Below, one piece after another: positions 48,560 to 62,030 of a stretch of 64,000 bases of DNA. This DNA is from Gracilinanus agilis (Eukaryota), in contig NC_058131.1 of NCBI RefSeq assembly GCF_016433145.1, forward strand, positions 151,276,016 through 151,340,015, written 5' to 3'. The notes below the pieces were generated by a model. It was not told the DNA's origin. It made no database searches and saw nothing but the letters and a program-made list of their open reading frames with translations. The position numbers and the translations under genes are program-made. Position 1 is the first letter of the stretch, and the number at the start of each line of letters is the position of its first letter.

Positions 48560-49100
48560 ATTCCACATCAGTTAATCATCAATATTATCTTTGCATAGCA
48601 TCTTTCATCTAATTTACTTTTTCTAGCTAAAGATCTGGTTACATTGCTTTTTTTGTCAAAATTCTTCAATGGGTCCCTATCTGCTAACTAAGGCAAGTTC
48701 AACTGCTTTACCTGGCATTCAAGGCCCTTTATAATCCAGCTGCACCCTTTATAATCTCTCTAGTCTTCCTCTACTTCTCACTTCCATGCACTCTGTTTTA
48801 CCACCTTTTCCTGTGAATGATCCTTTATTCTCCCCCACCTCCAATTAGAGAATTCCTACCTATCAACTTAAAGTCCCATTAAAATTATACTCTTCTTGAA
48901 ACTTTCCCTGCTACCTCTTAATCAGTAAAATGACCTTTCTTTCTTAGGCCTCATATAGCACCTTAAAGCTCTATTTAACTTTGTATTATAGGAGTCAAAA
49001 ATTTATGTCTATTTCTAAGAAAGGTTCTAGCTAACATACCTTTTGACTCATTTTCAAAAAACCTGCAAAGCATTCATAGATTTTATGCAATGCTAGAATT
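48560..49100 (+). mobile_element. L2 remnant
   Basis: ctggttacattgc...cctggcattcaaggccctttataatc...taaatttattatt. Confidence 0.68.
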
Positions 49101-49299
49101 TCAGTAAATTTATTATTAGTTTTGTTCAAAAGTGTTTTTGTGTCCCTACAACCTCCACAAAAAAAAGTTTTGGAAGCTTCTTTTGGAGAATATACATTTT
49201 TGCTTATGTAAAATATGACCCTTCTACTTTAAGACTACATTTTTAGTTTCATAAATCTGACCTTGATAAACTTTTAAAATTAAACATTTCCTTTAATTA

Positions 49300-51020
49300 A
49301 ACATCACTTATCTTTCACAATGTATCAAAACTTTCCCTCCCCATCCACAACCTAGAGAATAATCCCTTATAACAAATAAAAAAGAAAATTAAGCAAAGCT
49401 AAGTAACGCATTGAAAAGTCTTAACATTTCTAGCATATCTGCAGTGTCCTGCTGTTCCCCATCACCGCAAAGAAGGGAAGGGAATAAATACATTTTCAAT
49501 TCTCTTGATGATTACAGTTTTTGGATCATTCAGTTTCAATTTTTTTGTTATTCTTTCCATTTACATCACTATAGTCATTGCATATTTGTTTTCCTGGTTC
49601 TACTTACTTGATTTGGCATTAATTTATGTCTTTCCATGTTTCTTTATATCCAGAGAATTACCTCAGTAGGCATTTTTAAAAGAACATCTATTAATTACAT
49701 TCTTTGCTACTATAAGAATTGATGCTATAAATATCATAGAGTCATTCTTTTTATCACTAACTTCCTTGGATTTGGCTAGCAATGGAATCTCTAGGTCAAA
49801 AGGGTATGGACATTTTTAGACACTTCAAAGAATTCTTAATTGCTTTCCAGAATGTTTGAACTACTTCACAGCTCCAACAAGTGAATCAATATGACCATCT
49901 TTCTGAGACCTTTAAAATTCAGACTAAATATTCATTTTGAAGTTTGTTTTTGTTTTTAAACACAAAGTACAAAATGTTGACCAAAATCTAAATTCTGTCA
50001 TACTTTTTTCTAGTTTTCTCATCAATTCATTTCAAAAAAGCTATTTTTTCCAAGATAACTTATGTATTCAAGTTTTATTGTATACTAGATGATTTAGTTC
50101 AAATATTTATGATATTTCCTTATCTATTTTGTTGTACTGCTTCATTTTTTAAACCAGTACCAAATAGTTCAGATAATTAAGATTCACAATACAAATACAT
50201 AGCAATTATAATTAATGATCTATAATATAAAGTATATTCTTTTATTTCTATTTTTCTTCACTATTTTCCTCAATAAAGATACTTTTGTTTTTCCAAATAA
50301 ATTATTTTATATTTCCTAGCTCTGTAAATTATCCTTTTGGTGATTTGGTAGAGCCCTAAATCCATAAATTAATTTCAGTAGTATTATACTGGCATAGTGA
50401 AGCAGTGAACATTGAATACCCCAACAATTTTTCCTGTTGCTTCTATCTATATAGGTCAGTGATGGGCGCCTTTTGAGCTTGGTGTGTCAAAATTTGCCAA
50501 AAAACCAAGCATAACTTGGGTGGTGTAGCGTTTCAAGAAAAAAAAAACCATAATTTCACAATATTTATGTTTAAATAACAAAATTGTATGATTATAATAT
50601 ATAACTAGTTAACAAACCAAAAACTAATTACTTAACTTACCTGCTTAGTGACAGTTGTTTTGGCCTACAGATCTCTGACAGAGAAAGTCTACACTACACT
50701 ACAGCAAACCTTTCATCCTCGACATTCGGCCCCCTACTTCTCTGTATGCGGCCGTGTCATGGAAGATGGCTACATGTGTCAGCACTGACAAATGTGTCAT
50801 AGGTTTGCCATCAGGGATATAAGTATTAAGTGGCAGTAAGAAACATAAAAGAATGCAACATAAGCCACTTTTTAACAAAAAACTATTCAAGGTTAAACAA
50901 TTAAAACCTTAAATAGTTATAGGACTGCTTTCTTAATCCTGTTGGAAAATTTATGGGCTAAGCCAAAATGTTTTCTATTTGGCTATAATTTTCTTCCTTT
51001 TCCCTTGAAAGAATAATAGC
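49300..51020 (-). mobile_element. Old L1 3' region, interrupted by an OC1-like hAT element
   Basis: L1 reverse-strand motifs (ttgctttccagaatg...cagctccaacaa; gttcaaatatttatg; aatttcagtagtatt). Confidence 0.6.
50457..50816 (-). mobile_element. Non-autonomous hAT element resembling OC1/OposCharlie1 (hAT2-type)
   Basis: TIR-like ends CAGTGATGGGC... / ATAGGTTTGCCATCAGGG. The minus-strand start ...TGATGGCAAACCTATGACACATTTGTCAGTGCTGACAC resembles the recalled OC1 terminus. 8-bp TSD atataggt/atataagt. Confidence 0.8.
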
Positions 51021-52636
51021 TATCACAATATAATATAGTATTGGTTTTAGGCATGAGACTTGTTAGAAAATCTTTTAAAAAAAGAAAATAATTTTCAAAA
51101 CTAGAATATAAGTGGGCAATTTTCTATCACTTACAGAATGGTATTTCTCAAAGACAAAAAAACTATTTGGTTGCCCAAGATAAAATCCATTAATTGTATA
51201 TACGCATTTCTGAACAAGCCAGTGTTCCAACTCACAAGTTAATTTCAAATCATGAAAGCTCTTCGAATCAGGAAATTAATATAGTGGTTAAGTGGTTGAC
51301 TGTGAAATTAATCAGGCACTTTCAGAAAGGACTTTCTCTAGTGTCATCAGCAAGTGCAAGAAGATCAAAAAATCAAGAGTGTCATCACAATTAGCTGAAG
51401 CAACAAAGATAAAATTTTCAAGTTCATTTTTAACACTTGATAGCTTTCACAAACAGTTCATGTACTAAGTATTTTAGTCATAGCATTACACAAATAGCAA
51501 CTCTTTGTAAGCAATATTTTACTTTCTAATAGAGCTGTGTAAAAGATACTGGGGAAGAGAAAAGGGATATAAATAATCTATCCAAGGGAAAAATTTTAGA
51601 ACAGTTTTTAAGTTTTATTAATGTATTTTTTACCCCTCACCATTTTGCCAAAAGGAGGGAATTATGTTTTATTCTCTGTTCTCCAAGACCATCACTAGTT
51701 TTTCAATTACACAAGATTTCAGCTTCCTTTGTGTCTTCATTTCCTTGACTGTACTAATTGTGTCTTTTAATACTGCATATTTCACTGTTTCTGTTCATGC
51801 AAATCCTCCCATGTTTCTCTAAATTTCTAATATTCTCCATTTTGGCATTTGAGTGTATTTCCAATTAAAAAAAAAAAAAAGCTTAAGCAGACATATCACA
51901 ACATTTAAAAAGAGATAATATCCATGAATAATTAACATTCTTTACATGAAACAAAGATTACTATTTGAAAGTCATCTTCCATTCAATCTGATATAACTGA
52001 AAATAAAAGAAAATGATTAGCACGTTCCTAACACAAGATTCTCTAAAGTGATAAAATAGTAGAAAAAATAGTAATGAAAAGCCCATTATAAAACAAATTT
52101 TACCATAGTAACTATGTGGTTACCTTTTTAAAATTAGTTCCTGTTAAAAGAAACTTCAAATCAGGTGTTTTTTGGTAACAGATTTGCTTCTGAGAAAATG
52201 CTTTCACAAATCAACAATCAGAATCTAAAGCGAAAATATTTCTCTTTTAAAGAGCTTTGTTTTTATTTTTCATAGTCCCTATCTCTACCAATTATAACAT
52301 ACTACTACTAGACAAGGAATGAAAAGTATTAGAAACATACTGGTGTATGTGACAAGCCCAGAGAGTCATTTTTAAGACTGAATTTAAAAACATTGCTGGA
52401 ATAAAACACCGTAGGAAAAAAAGTTTAATTACACAATGATTTTCATCCAGTCATGGATGAGAAAACCTAAAATGAGTCACTTTCAAACAGGCTTACCATT
52501 TACAAACTGCCAAACTAAAGGATTTATGAAAGATGTCTGGAAAATATTTCATTGTTCTTATGACTGTATTCTACCATTTCCCAAACATTTTCCTCAAATA
52601 CTAAGAGTATATTGAGTTATTTTATAAGTCAATATA

Positions 52637-52827
52637 GGGGGCAGCTCAGTGGATTGAGAGCCTAGAGACAGGAGGTCCTAGGTTCAAATATGACCACAGA
52701 CAGTTCCCAGCCGTGTGACCCTGGGCAAGTCACTTGACCCCCATTGCCTAGCCCTTACCACTCTTCTGCCTTGGAGCCAATACATAGTACTGACTCCAAG
52801 AAGGAAGGTAAGGGTTTAAAAAAAAAA
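52637..52827 (+). mobile_element. SINE1_Mdo-like SINE with 11-bp TSD
   Basis: TSD aagtcaatata at 52626-36 and 52828-38, and poly(A) tail. Confidence 0.93.
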
Positions 52828-52847
52828 AAGTCAATATATAAGAACAT

Positions 52848-54930
52848 AAGGGGATGGAGCCAAGATGGTGAAGAAAGTACATGGAACCCATTTGGATCTC
52901 TACCAAATTACCCTCCAAAAAACTGTTAACAACTCAGAATGAATTCTGGAGCAGTATAAGCCAGAAAAAGATGAGGTGAAGTAATTTTTCAGCCCAAAAG
53001 AATTTAGAAGACCAGCACAGGGGATCTAGTGCACCAGGGGGAAGGTAGATGGAAAGCAGAGTGGCAAGGCAGGCTCCACCCTCAGCAGTAGCCCTGGGCA
53101 CAGCTGAAGCAGCAGCAAAATCTTCCAAAGCTCTCAGCTATACATTAAAGGGGGTCAGACAACTGCTCAGAAGGAGATCACAGGAGTCCCTCTGCTGGCT
53201 CTGGGTGCAAGACTCTTAATGCACTGCCCATGAGAAGTTTCAGAGTGAGAAGGAACAGTAGCACACATCAGCGCTTGCATCTACAGAAGCAGGGGACCCT
53301 AGTTACAGTTCCAAGGGGGAAAAAAGTGTTTGAGGTTACTCACAGAACAGTACACAGAATATTAAACATACTTTTGTTTATATCATACTACTTTGGAAGA
53401 AATGAAAGCAGATAGATTTCCCAGTGCCAGCTCTGAAGCCTACTGCACAAAGAAGTTGAAGCTTCACCACAGGTTCTGAGCCCAAATTTAATAGTTTTTT
53501 TTTAAATTAAGAGAAAAGAAAAATACTGTAAAATGATAACATAACAAAAATAAAAAACTCAACATATTAAGTCATTTTGAGGACTGGAAAGACCAAAACA
53601 CAAACTCAGAAGGAGACAACAAAGTCAATCCTCCTGTATCCAAAGCCTCTAAGAAAATTCCCAACCCTAAAAAGAATCAATGGAGGAGCTCAAAGAGGAT
53701 TTTTAAAAAAATTAAATAAAAGAGGAAGAAGAAAAAATTATGGAAACAAATGAGAGTGATACAGGGAAAATCATGAAAAAAGATTCAACATATTAGTAAA
53801 GGAGAGACAAAAAATATTAAAGAAATACCTTAAAAAAAACAGAATAGGCCAATTGGTAAAAAAAGATGCACCAAAATATCCAACAAAGAGAAGAACTCCT
53901 TAAAAAGAACTGGCAAAATGGAAAAAGATATTCAAAAATGCACTGAACTTCTTAAAAGGCAGAACTAGCCCTGTGGAAAAAAGAAGTACAAAAATTCACT
54001 GAGAAAAAGAACACTTTACAAAGTATAATTGGCCAAATGGAAAAAGATACAAAAGCTCACTTAAGAAAATCATGCCTTAAAAATTAGAATTGGGCAAGTA
54101 GAAACTAATGGCTCTATGAGACATCAAAAAACAATCAAATCAAAAGAATAAAAAAAATGTGTAAATGTGAAATATCTCTTGGGGGAAAACAACTGACCTG
54201 GAGAATAAATCCAAGAGAGAATATTTAAGAATTATTGGACTATCAGAAAAGCCATAATCAAAAAAGACCTTAGACATTATCTTTCAAGAAATTATCAAGG
54301 AGAACTGCCTGGATAGTCTAGAACCAAAGGGTAAAACATAAGTGTAAAGAATCCACATATCACCTCCTGAAAGAGATCCCAAAAGGATAACTCCCAGGAT
54401 ATTATTGCCAAAATCTAGAACTCCCAGAGAAAATGTTGCAAGCAATCAAAAAGAAACAATTCAACTATTGTGAAGGCACAGTCAAGATACCCAAGATTTA
54501 ACAGCTTCTACAATGAAGGACTAGAGGGCATGAAATATGATATTCCAGAAAGCAAAGGAGCTAGGACTTCAACCAAGAATCACTTAACCAGCAAAACTGA
54601 GCATAATCATTCAAGGGGAAAAAATGAACATTCCTTATGAAAGTACCAGAGCTGAATGGAAAATCTGACTCTCAAATACAAGACTCAAGAGAAGCATAAA
54701 AAGGTAAATAAGAAAGAGAATCAAGAGGCATTCAATAAGGTTAAACTGTGTACATCCTTCCATGAGAAGAAGATTCTCATAACTCCAAAGAACTTTATCA
54801 TCATTAGGGCAGTTAGGATTATACATAGAAAGCAAAGGTGTGAGTTGACTATGATGGGATGATATAAAAAATTAAATTAAATTAAGAAATGAAAAAGAGG
54901 AATGTATTGGAAAGAGGGGGAAGGGAAAAA
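52848..54930 (+). mobile_element. L1 5' portion: 5'UTR, degenerate ORF1 and inter-ORF spacer, no ORF2
   Basis: Starts ggagccaagatgg (L1 5' terminus). ~54230-54400 encodes degenerate RIIGL...LDIIFQEIIKENC...RIH.SPPERDPK (ORF1p RRM region) with many stops and frameshifts. Confidence 0.82.
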
Positions 54931-55329
54931 TAAGAGAATCTGCATTGGTGGAAGGAGGTCCTTTGACCGAGCTCTCCACTTCCATTCCCCACCTGCCCTC
55001 CCAAAAGAAACATCATTTGTAAACCATAAACCAAATTAATTCTAGTGAAGAAAATTGGGAAATTATTTCATTTTCTCTGTAAGAAACCAAAGAACAAATA
55101 AATGTGTTGTTACCATGATTACATTAACATTTGGTTTCATCAGTTCCATCTTGATTTTTAAAAGTAGATGATTTTTCAGAGAAAATGAACTGAGTTTATA
55201 TGTCTATAGCTTAAAAGAATATACTAACTTATAGAATCCTAATTAACTTGAGACTTTTTAAACCTGTAAGATCAAAACCTTAAAGTTTATCCTTTTCAAA
55301 GATGAGAAACCCAAGTCAATGAGATGTTC

Positions 55330-56400
55330 TTTAATATGTAAAGGTCTTTCTCCAGGTTGCTTGAAGAATTTGTTGTTTTTCATTGAAATTGTTACATTTA
55401 ACCACTATCTGTCTTGGAGCATTCAGCTTCACTTTTCTCTGTAGGTGATTCTGTACAATCATTTGGAGAGTAATAGTTTTCTGTGTCTGGAAGTTCTGGG
55501 CAACTTTCTTGTATTATTTCTTACATTATAGGAATCAGATTTTTTTTTCACTTGTCATGCTCTTATAAGAGATCTATAATCCTTTAGTAGTCTCTTCTTA
55601 GGCATCCTATCTTCAAAGATCAATAGGTTTTTACTTGTTTGGAGATGAAATTTTCTTTTAACTTTTGCTTTTTGCTTCTCCCAGATTTTCCTTTACTTCT
55701 ATGCATTTATATTCCCAATCATGTATTCTCTTTTGTTTCTTTGTGAGAATTACCATAATGGATTCGAGTTTCTCTTCTACCAGTTATATCTGCTGTGTAA
55801 TTTATTAATTTTGCTTTTACAATTCTTATTTCTCTTTTTAAACTATTCAGAAACATTCTACTGTGGCTCCAGGGTCTTTTAGGAATCTACAGGATCTTCT
55901 ACCTCATCCAGTGTAAGGTTCATTTTCCTGTGTCTTTTCATTATTTATTCATAAGTTTCTGGACTCTTTTAGATGATCCAGCAGCCATACTTCCTTTTGT
56001 TATTAATATTTTCCTTGGTGCTTTATTTGCTTATACTCAAGCTATTGAATTAGGTTTTCTTCTCTCTGATATCTTCGGCAATTTTAATTTAGTTCCTCTT
56101 CCCCCCTCTTTCATCTTACTTTCTAATTCCTTTAATAATGATTTCACATAGGGATTGGACCTTAATTAAGTTGTCTCAGCCTTCTCCCAGGACAGAGATC
56201 TCCAGCTATGCCATGAATTACTTCAGATTAGATAGAACTAGCCTCACCAAGATGCTGGGCTCTTTCCCTTGAACTTAGTGGAATGTCACTCTGCCCTATA
56301 GTTCTTCCTACAGTTCTTCAATTTTCTGAGTTTTATTACAAAACAGAGCACCTCCCTGCTGCTGTCCTAGCCCAAGCTAGCTTCTGCCACACATGGAAGG
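55330..56400 (-). mobile_element. Second, older L1/HAL1 ORF1-type fragment
   Basis: Reverse complement resembles L1 ORF1 sequence (gaaataatacaagaaagttgcccagaacttccag). Confidence 0.55.
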
Positions 56401-59400
56401 GAGGGGTATAAAATTCCATTGCAAACTTAAAGGTTGGCTTGTGCAAATTACCCGTGACCTCTAAAATTTTAACTTTTAAACTAAATTTTACATTTAATTC
56501 TGACACAAATTCTTGTCTAAAAAATGTTCTAAAAATAAGTTGTTTTTGCCATTAAAAATACAGTTGTATATTTCATAATTTCAAAGATGTGATTTCACAG
56601 ATTTAGCTCTCCTCTTCTCCGCACTAATTATAACCTCTTTTCACTTTAGTAAACTGCCTTTTTGAGATATATATATATTACTAGAAAAAAAATTCCCTTA
56701 GTTACAAACCTCCTGGTGATTCTTGATCCTCAATCAGTCATTAAGAATTTATTACAAAGCTACTATATGGCAGTATTCACAATGGTCTACAACTAAGCTC
56801 ATACTCAAAAGTCTTTTTAACTTGGCAGTACTTGACAAAACATGAGTTCTGCTAGCATAGCCTCTGAAAGTCAGTCATCTCATTATGCCAAGATGAAGCA
56901 TAACTTAATATTTTGTAATTTAATTCTTCATTAAAGTAAATGTATCATAAAAACAACATAAGTGTTGTTTACAGGTTGCTCTTGAGGAGAAGTAAGCATT
57001 TCTTTTAAATCTCTCTCCTCTAAGGACTGAATAATGGCAGTAAAATTAGTTATTATGTAACAACATAAAAATTAGAGTCAATGTGACAGAGTAGAAAGAA
57101 ATCTAACATGGACCAAGAAGATTTGGAATAAAGTCCTGCCTCTAACAGGTGCTGACGTCCCAGACAACTCAGAATTGCAGAGTAGGTGTCAGTATGCATT
57201 GGTAGAAGACATTTTCTCCCAGGGAGTCCCCACAGCTATGAAATCACAGGAATGAACCCCCCAAAAAGTAAAGTAAATGGTTAGTTAGCATTTGAATAGA
57301 ATTATCTTCTCCTTAAAGTATACTATAAGCATCAGTATAGCACATGGAATAAAATTCAAATAATGAGAATGTCTTATATAACCTGTTGTTTTTATGGATA
57401 ACTGTAATGCATCCAAAAATCTCAAAGATCTAAGACCAAAGAAAGCAGAAAATAAAGATTTTCAAATTCCAAACCAACCTTTTTTGTACCCTGAATTTTA
57501 CTTCTTCTAAATTCATACATGTTCTAATATTGTTCACAGGTCACTTTTTATTATGTTATTTAATCGTTGAAAATTTTTGACTAAAAACAAAAACAAGAAG
57601 TTAGTGACTAAGTTTCTCACTAGATAGTTAAGACTGGTGGTTTTTACTATCTTCCACAAAACTACTTCTTCTTGGACACATTTACTAAGGAGAAAAGGTG
57701 CTGATTGTACAAACAAGCAGGAAAAAACCACTAGTATATCTGTTTTACCATCCAGTAACAAAACAAACAGAAAAACCCTGTTTTTTCTGGTCTAGCTTTC
57801 TCTTCTACAAGCTATCTTGTTCCCTGTTTGCCTCCTAAGCTAGCACTGCTTTTCTGCCACAGTTCTTCTCTGGTCTCTACCCTCCTCCAACAAAAAGTAT
57901 CTGTAAGCTAAAACCTTCCAGATTCTGACTTGTTATTTCCCTGTCTTTGACCTCAGGGATTGGAAACCAATCAAGACTCTTCTAAATATGATCTTTCCCT
58001 TTCCAATAGAACATCTAAGCTACTCCAATGCAGGAGCTGCCCATGTTTTTATTTTTTTTTAAATTTTTTTTTTAGCTGCCATGTTTTTAGAGTTGATTTG
58101 AGCTATCCAGAGACATGAAGCAAAACTGTATTAAGGAATTTGAATGTTAATGAACTGATTCCTCCTAACAAGGCTGCAAGATCACTATGCCTGAGATTTT
58201 CAGGTACTATTTCTCATTGTATTTTTTTCCCAGCCCAATATTGGGGGTTCTAGTCCTCGACCCAGTGTGAAGTAATTGGTAGGATGTTTTAGTTTGGACA
58301 TGTCAGTCTTACTCCAGGAAGAGGGTTGATATGTCCTAGGGCTGCCCTAATACTTTCCTTGTTGTCCTTGCTTCCTGTTGTCTGGGTGTCTCTGTTAAAA
58401 TAATGTGGACTTTCCTTGATAATATCAAATATAAAAGCCTTCTGCCTTCAGCATTTATTGGTTCATCCAATTCTTTTGGAAGCCCTTATAATCTAGCAAC
58501 AGACTTGATAATACCACGTGCATTTATGAGCAATTTTAGATATTTGTTCCATTACTTAAATATTTAATAACCAATCAACAAAATAATATTTAAGTCAGTA
58601 GAAAAAGAGTTGCAGTTTTGACAAGAATGGGGAAAGAATCAGCACCCTTGCACTAAGTTTGCAAACCCTTTGGATATACTGCAGAAATTTATTTTAGTCA
58701 ATTTTGGTAGGTGAAACCCCTCAATACAGAACTGGACTGTAGTTAGCTTTTTGAGCATACCTGGACCTCATTACTAAAATGGAATCAATTTTAATACTTG
58801 GGACTGTTCCAACAAGCCAGTTCTAAACTATCCACTTCCACTCAATGTGCATAGAAGAGGGTAAATTTCTCAGCTCTTATCTGTAAATCATCTTATACCT
58901 AAAATTCTGTGTACCTCCCAGGATTAGACTATATTTCTTCTTTTAAAAGTCTATTTCAATTTGACACACTAACAAGAACTTCCTTAGGTAAACATTTGAT
59001 TTCATACAAATTAAACTCAGGAGGGTTTCACTTTCAGTCACATGAAAATGAGTAGTAAAGGAAAAATTGGTCAATGGATCATAGGTATAGAGCTAGAAGG
59101 CGGTCCATGAAAGGGAAAAGAAAGAAAATACTTTTAGCATCTTTTTAAACAAGTTTTTTATTTCCCCTACCCAACATTCTAAGTATATCAGACTACTAGT
59201 TTTACTGATTATTCTGGACTAAGAGATGATATGAACTTGTTTCCCACATGTTTCTGGAGTACTACATAACTAGCTCAATTTAAGAATAATTTATAAATCC
59301 TGAATTCCTAATTATCTCAGGGAACCAGAAATGAACACAAAATAGTTTTTCTACTGACTGTAAACATATCACACATGTCATTACTTTGTTATTTAGAGTG

Positions 59401-60314
59401 GAAATGTTTTTAAACTTAATTTATTCATTCTTTAAAAATCTAAATCATGTGGTTTTTTTCCTAATGTTTTTCCTTAGGAAAAAATGGAAATTTTGAAGAA
59501 ATTCTATGGATTATGTTACTAGGTGAATTTACTGACTTGTGCAACTTTTGTACCCTCTGAAATACTAAAATAACTGAAGTCATAGACTAAATAAGAAAAT
59601 AAGAAAGGTATATCTTCCCTATCATGCCTAGTAATCTTTTCATTTGCTATCATAGCCCACTGGCCATGCTGGGAAAAGGAAGATGACAAAGGAAGCAGAG
59701 ATTACAGAAAAACAATTTCAGAGTTTAGAGATCATGTATGCATACATTCATCATATAAATGAGGAAACCATGTCCCAAAGAATGTAAGTAACTCGAAGTC
59801 ACAAGAATAGACAAAACTCTAAGGTCTATTCATCTGTTAGCACCCCTCTGAGCACCCAGAGCATTTTTCAACACAGTGCTTTAACTTTAGTGCTTATGTT
59901 TGTAAACCGGGACTAACTATTGACATTAAATAATTACACACACCCAACACGGACGAGATGTCAGGACCAAACTAGACAGAGTGATGGGAATATACTTCAA
60001 GGCTTACTTTTTGGCCTTGTCTTGTTTAACTTTTTATATCAACAGGCAGGAGAAAGATTTAATTTGCACCATTTTCACCTTGAGAAAGATAGTTAATCGT
60101 ACAATGAATGTCAGAAGTGAAATTCAAATATTTTGACAAGATTGGGTTTATTGTTCCCTTCTAATAAAATGCAACAATGAAGAGATACAAATCTCTACAT
60201 TTAAGTTTTTTTAAAAAGTGAAATGTACAAGTATAAAATAGAGATTTGACTCTATAGCCAGGAATTTACATAAAAAATATTTAGGAGTACTGGCTCAACA
60301 TGAAATAATGTGAG

Positions 60315-60480
60315 GGAGTAGCTAGGTGGCTCAGTGGACAGAGTGCCAGGCATGGCATCTGGAAGACCTGGGTTCAAATTGGACCCCAAGACACTTCTCA
60401 GCTCTGTATTCCTGGGCAAGTTCACTTAACCTCAATTGCTTAGTCCATGCCAATCTTGGATACTAAGAAGATAAAGAGTT
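60315..60480 (+). mobile_element. MAR1/SINE1_Mdo-like SINE
   Basis: gtagctaggtggctcagtggacagagtgccagg head and core ctgggcaagttcacttaacc. Confidence 0.8.
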
Positions 60481-60879
60481 CTTTGTTTTTTTTTTAAACT
60501 AGAAATAATGTAATATGGCTACTAAAAAGGTGAGTGCATTTTTATAATATATTAATAGAAATATAATATCTAGAGCAAGGATATTAAGAAGCAAATGTAC
60601 TCTGGCCTTATTAGCATACATCATATCTGATTCTTTATCACAATTAAGGCAGACACTGACAAATACTGGACCAAGTCCAGACAACAGCAAGCAGGAAAGT
60701 GTGAGGGCCAGATACTATACACTATGAGAAATATCTGAAGGGACTGAGGATGTTTAGCTTAGAGGTTTAGCTTAATCATTGTCCTCAGATGTATAAAAAT
60801 TGATATGAAGAAAAGGAATTAAGGATTGCAACTTTGTACTTCCAAAAAAAGAGGAGCCAAACCAATGACTAGACATTGT

Positions 60880-61780
60880 TTCTATATAGATGATTCCTAG
60901 AAGTCGAGTTCCTCTGATACTCCTCTAATCTCACATCTCCAATTGTCTATTAGATCTCTTAAACTCCAACATGTTCAAAACTGAATTTATCTTCCCGCCT
61001 CAAATGCTTTCTTCCAGACTTCATATTACTACCAAGAGCACCATCATCCTCCCTGTCCCCAAGGTTCAAAATTTAGGTGTCATTCTCAACTCCTTAATTT
61101 CTTTTCTTCCTCATATCAAAACAACTGCCAAATCCTATATGATTCTATCTTCATAGCATCTCTCATATATGCCTCCTTCTTTTCTCCTATATTGCCGTCA
61201 CTCTGGAATACACTCTCATGGGATTACTGCAATAGCCTTCTGGATGATTTTCTTCCTTTCCCCACTCTAGTCCATCCTCCATAACCATGCCAAATTGATT
61301 TTCCAAAAGCTCAAGTTTGACCATGTTAACTTTTCCCCCTTTTCAAATACTCTAGTGGCTCCCTACTACTTCCAGAAGCAGATATAAAATTCTGTTTAGA
61401 TTGTAAAACTCCACAATCTATTCCACTCCTCCTACTTTATCAGTTTTCTTATACCTTCTTCCCTCCTGCAATGCAAATCCTCCAGCAATCCAGGGACACT
61501 GACTACCTCTGCATTCCTTACATCTCCCCAGAGTGCATTTTCACTGGCTGTCCTCCATGCCTGGAATTCTCTCTTTCCTTTTTTCTCTCTCTCCTCTTTC
61601 AGCTAAAATTTCACCTTTCTGAGCTAATGCCTTCCCTATGAGATTATCTCCCATTAATACATTGTTGCTTGTAAGCAACGCCCCCCCATGGCACTGTTTT
61701 TGCCTTTCTTTGCATTCTGTGCTTAGTATAGTGCCTGACACACTGGAGGCACTTAAGTGCTTGTTGATTTGACTTAACTT
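60880..61780 (+). mobile_element. L2 remnant to 3' end
   Basis: ctccaacatgttcaaaactgaatt...gggattactgcaatagcc...agtgcttgttgatttgact. Confidence 0.8.
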
Positions 61781-61914
61781 GAAAACTTTCTGTTCAACAT
61801 AGGAAAAAAACTTGGAACTACACAAAAGTAGAGTGGGTTGTCTTGCAAAATAGTGAGTTCCTCATTACTGGAAAATTTTTCAAGAACTCCATAAGCATCA
61901 AACAAGCATGCTAT

Positions 61915-62030
61915 AGAGCAAAGATGGTGAACCCATGGCATGCAGAGCGCTCTGTGGGCACGAAGCCACCCTCCCCACCACTCAGTTCATTACTAGATAG
62001 GCAAAGGGCTTCAGGTGGAACAACTCACTT
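61915..62030 (+). mobile_element. hAT MITE left-end fragment
   Basis: aaagatggtgaacccatggcatgc...agttcattactaga resembles the left part of the 46630-46911 copy. Confidence 0.55.
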
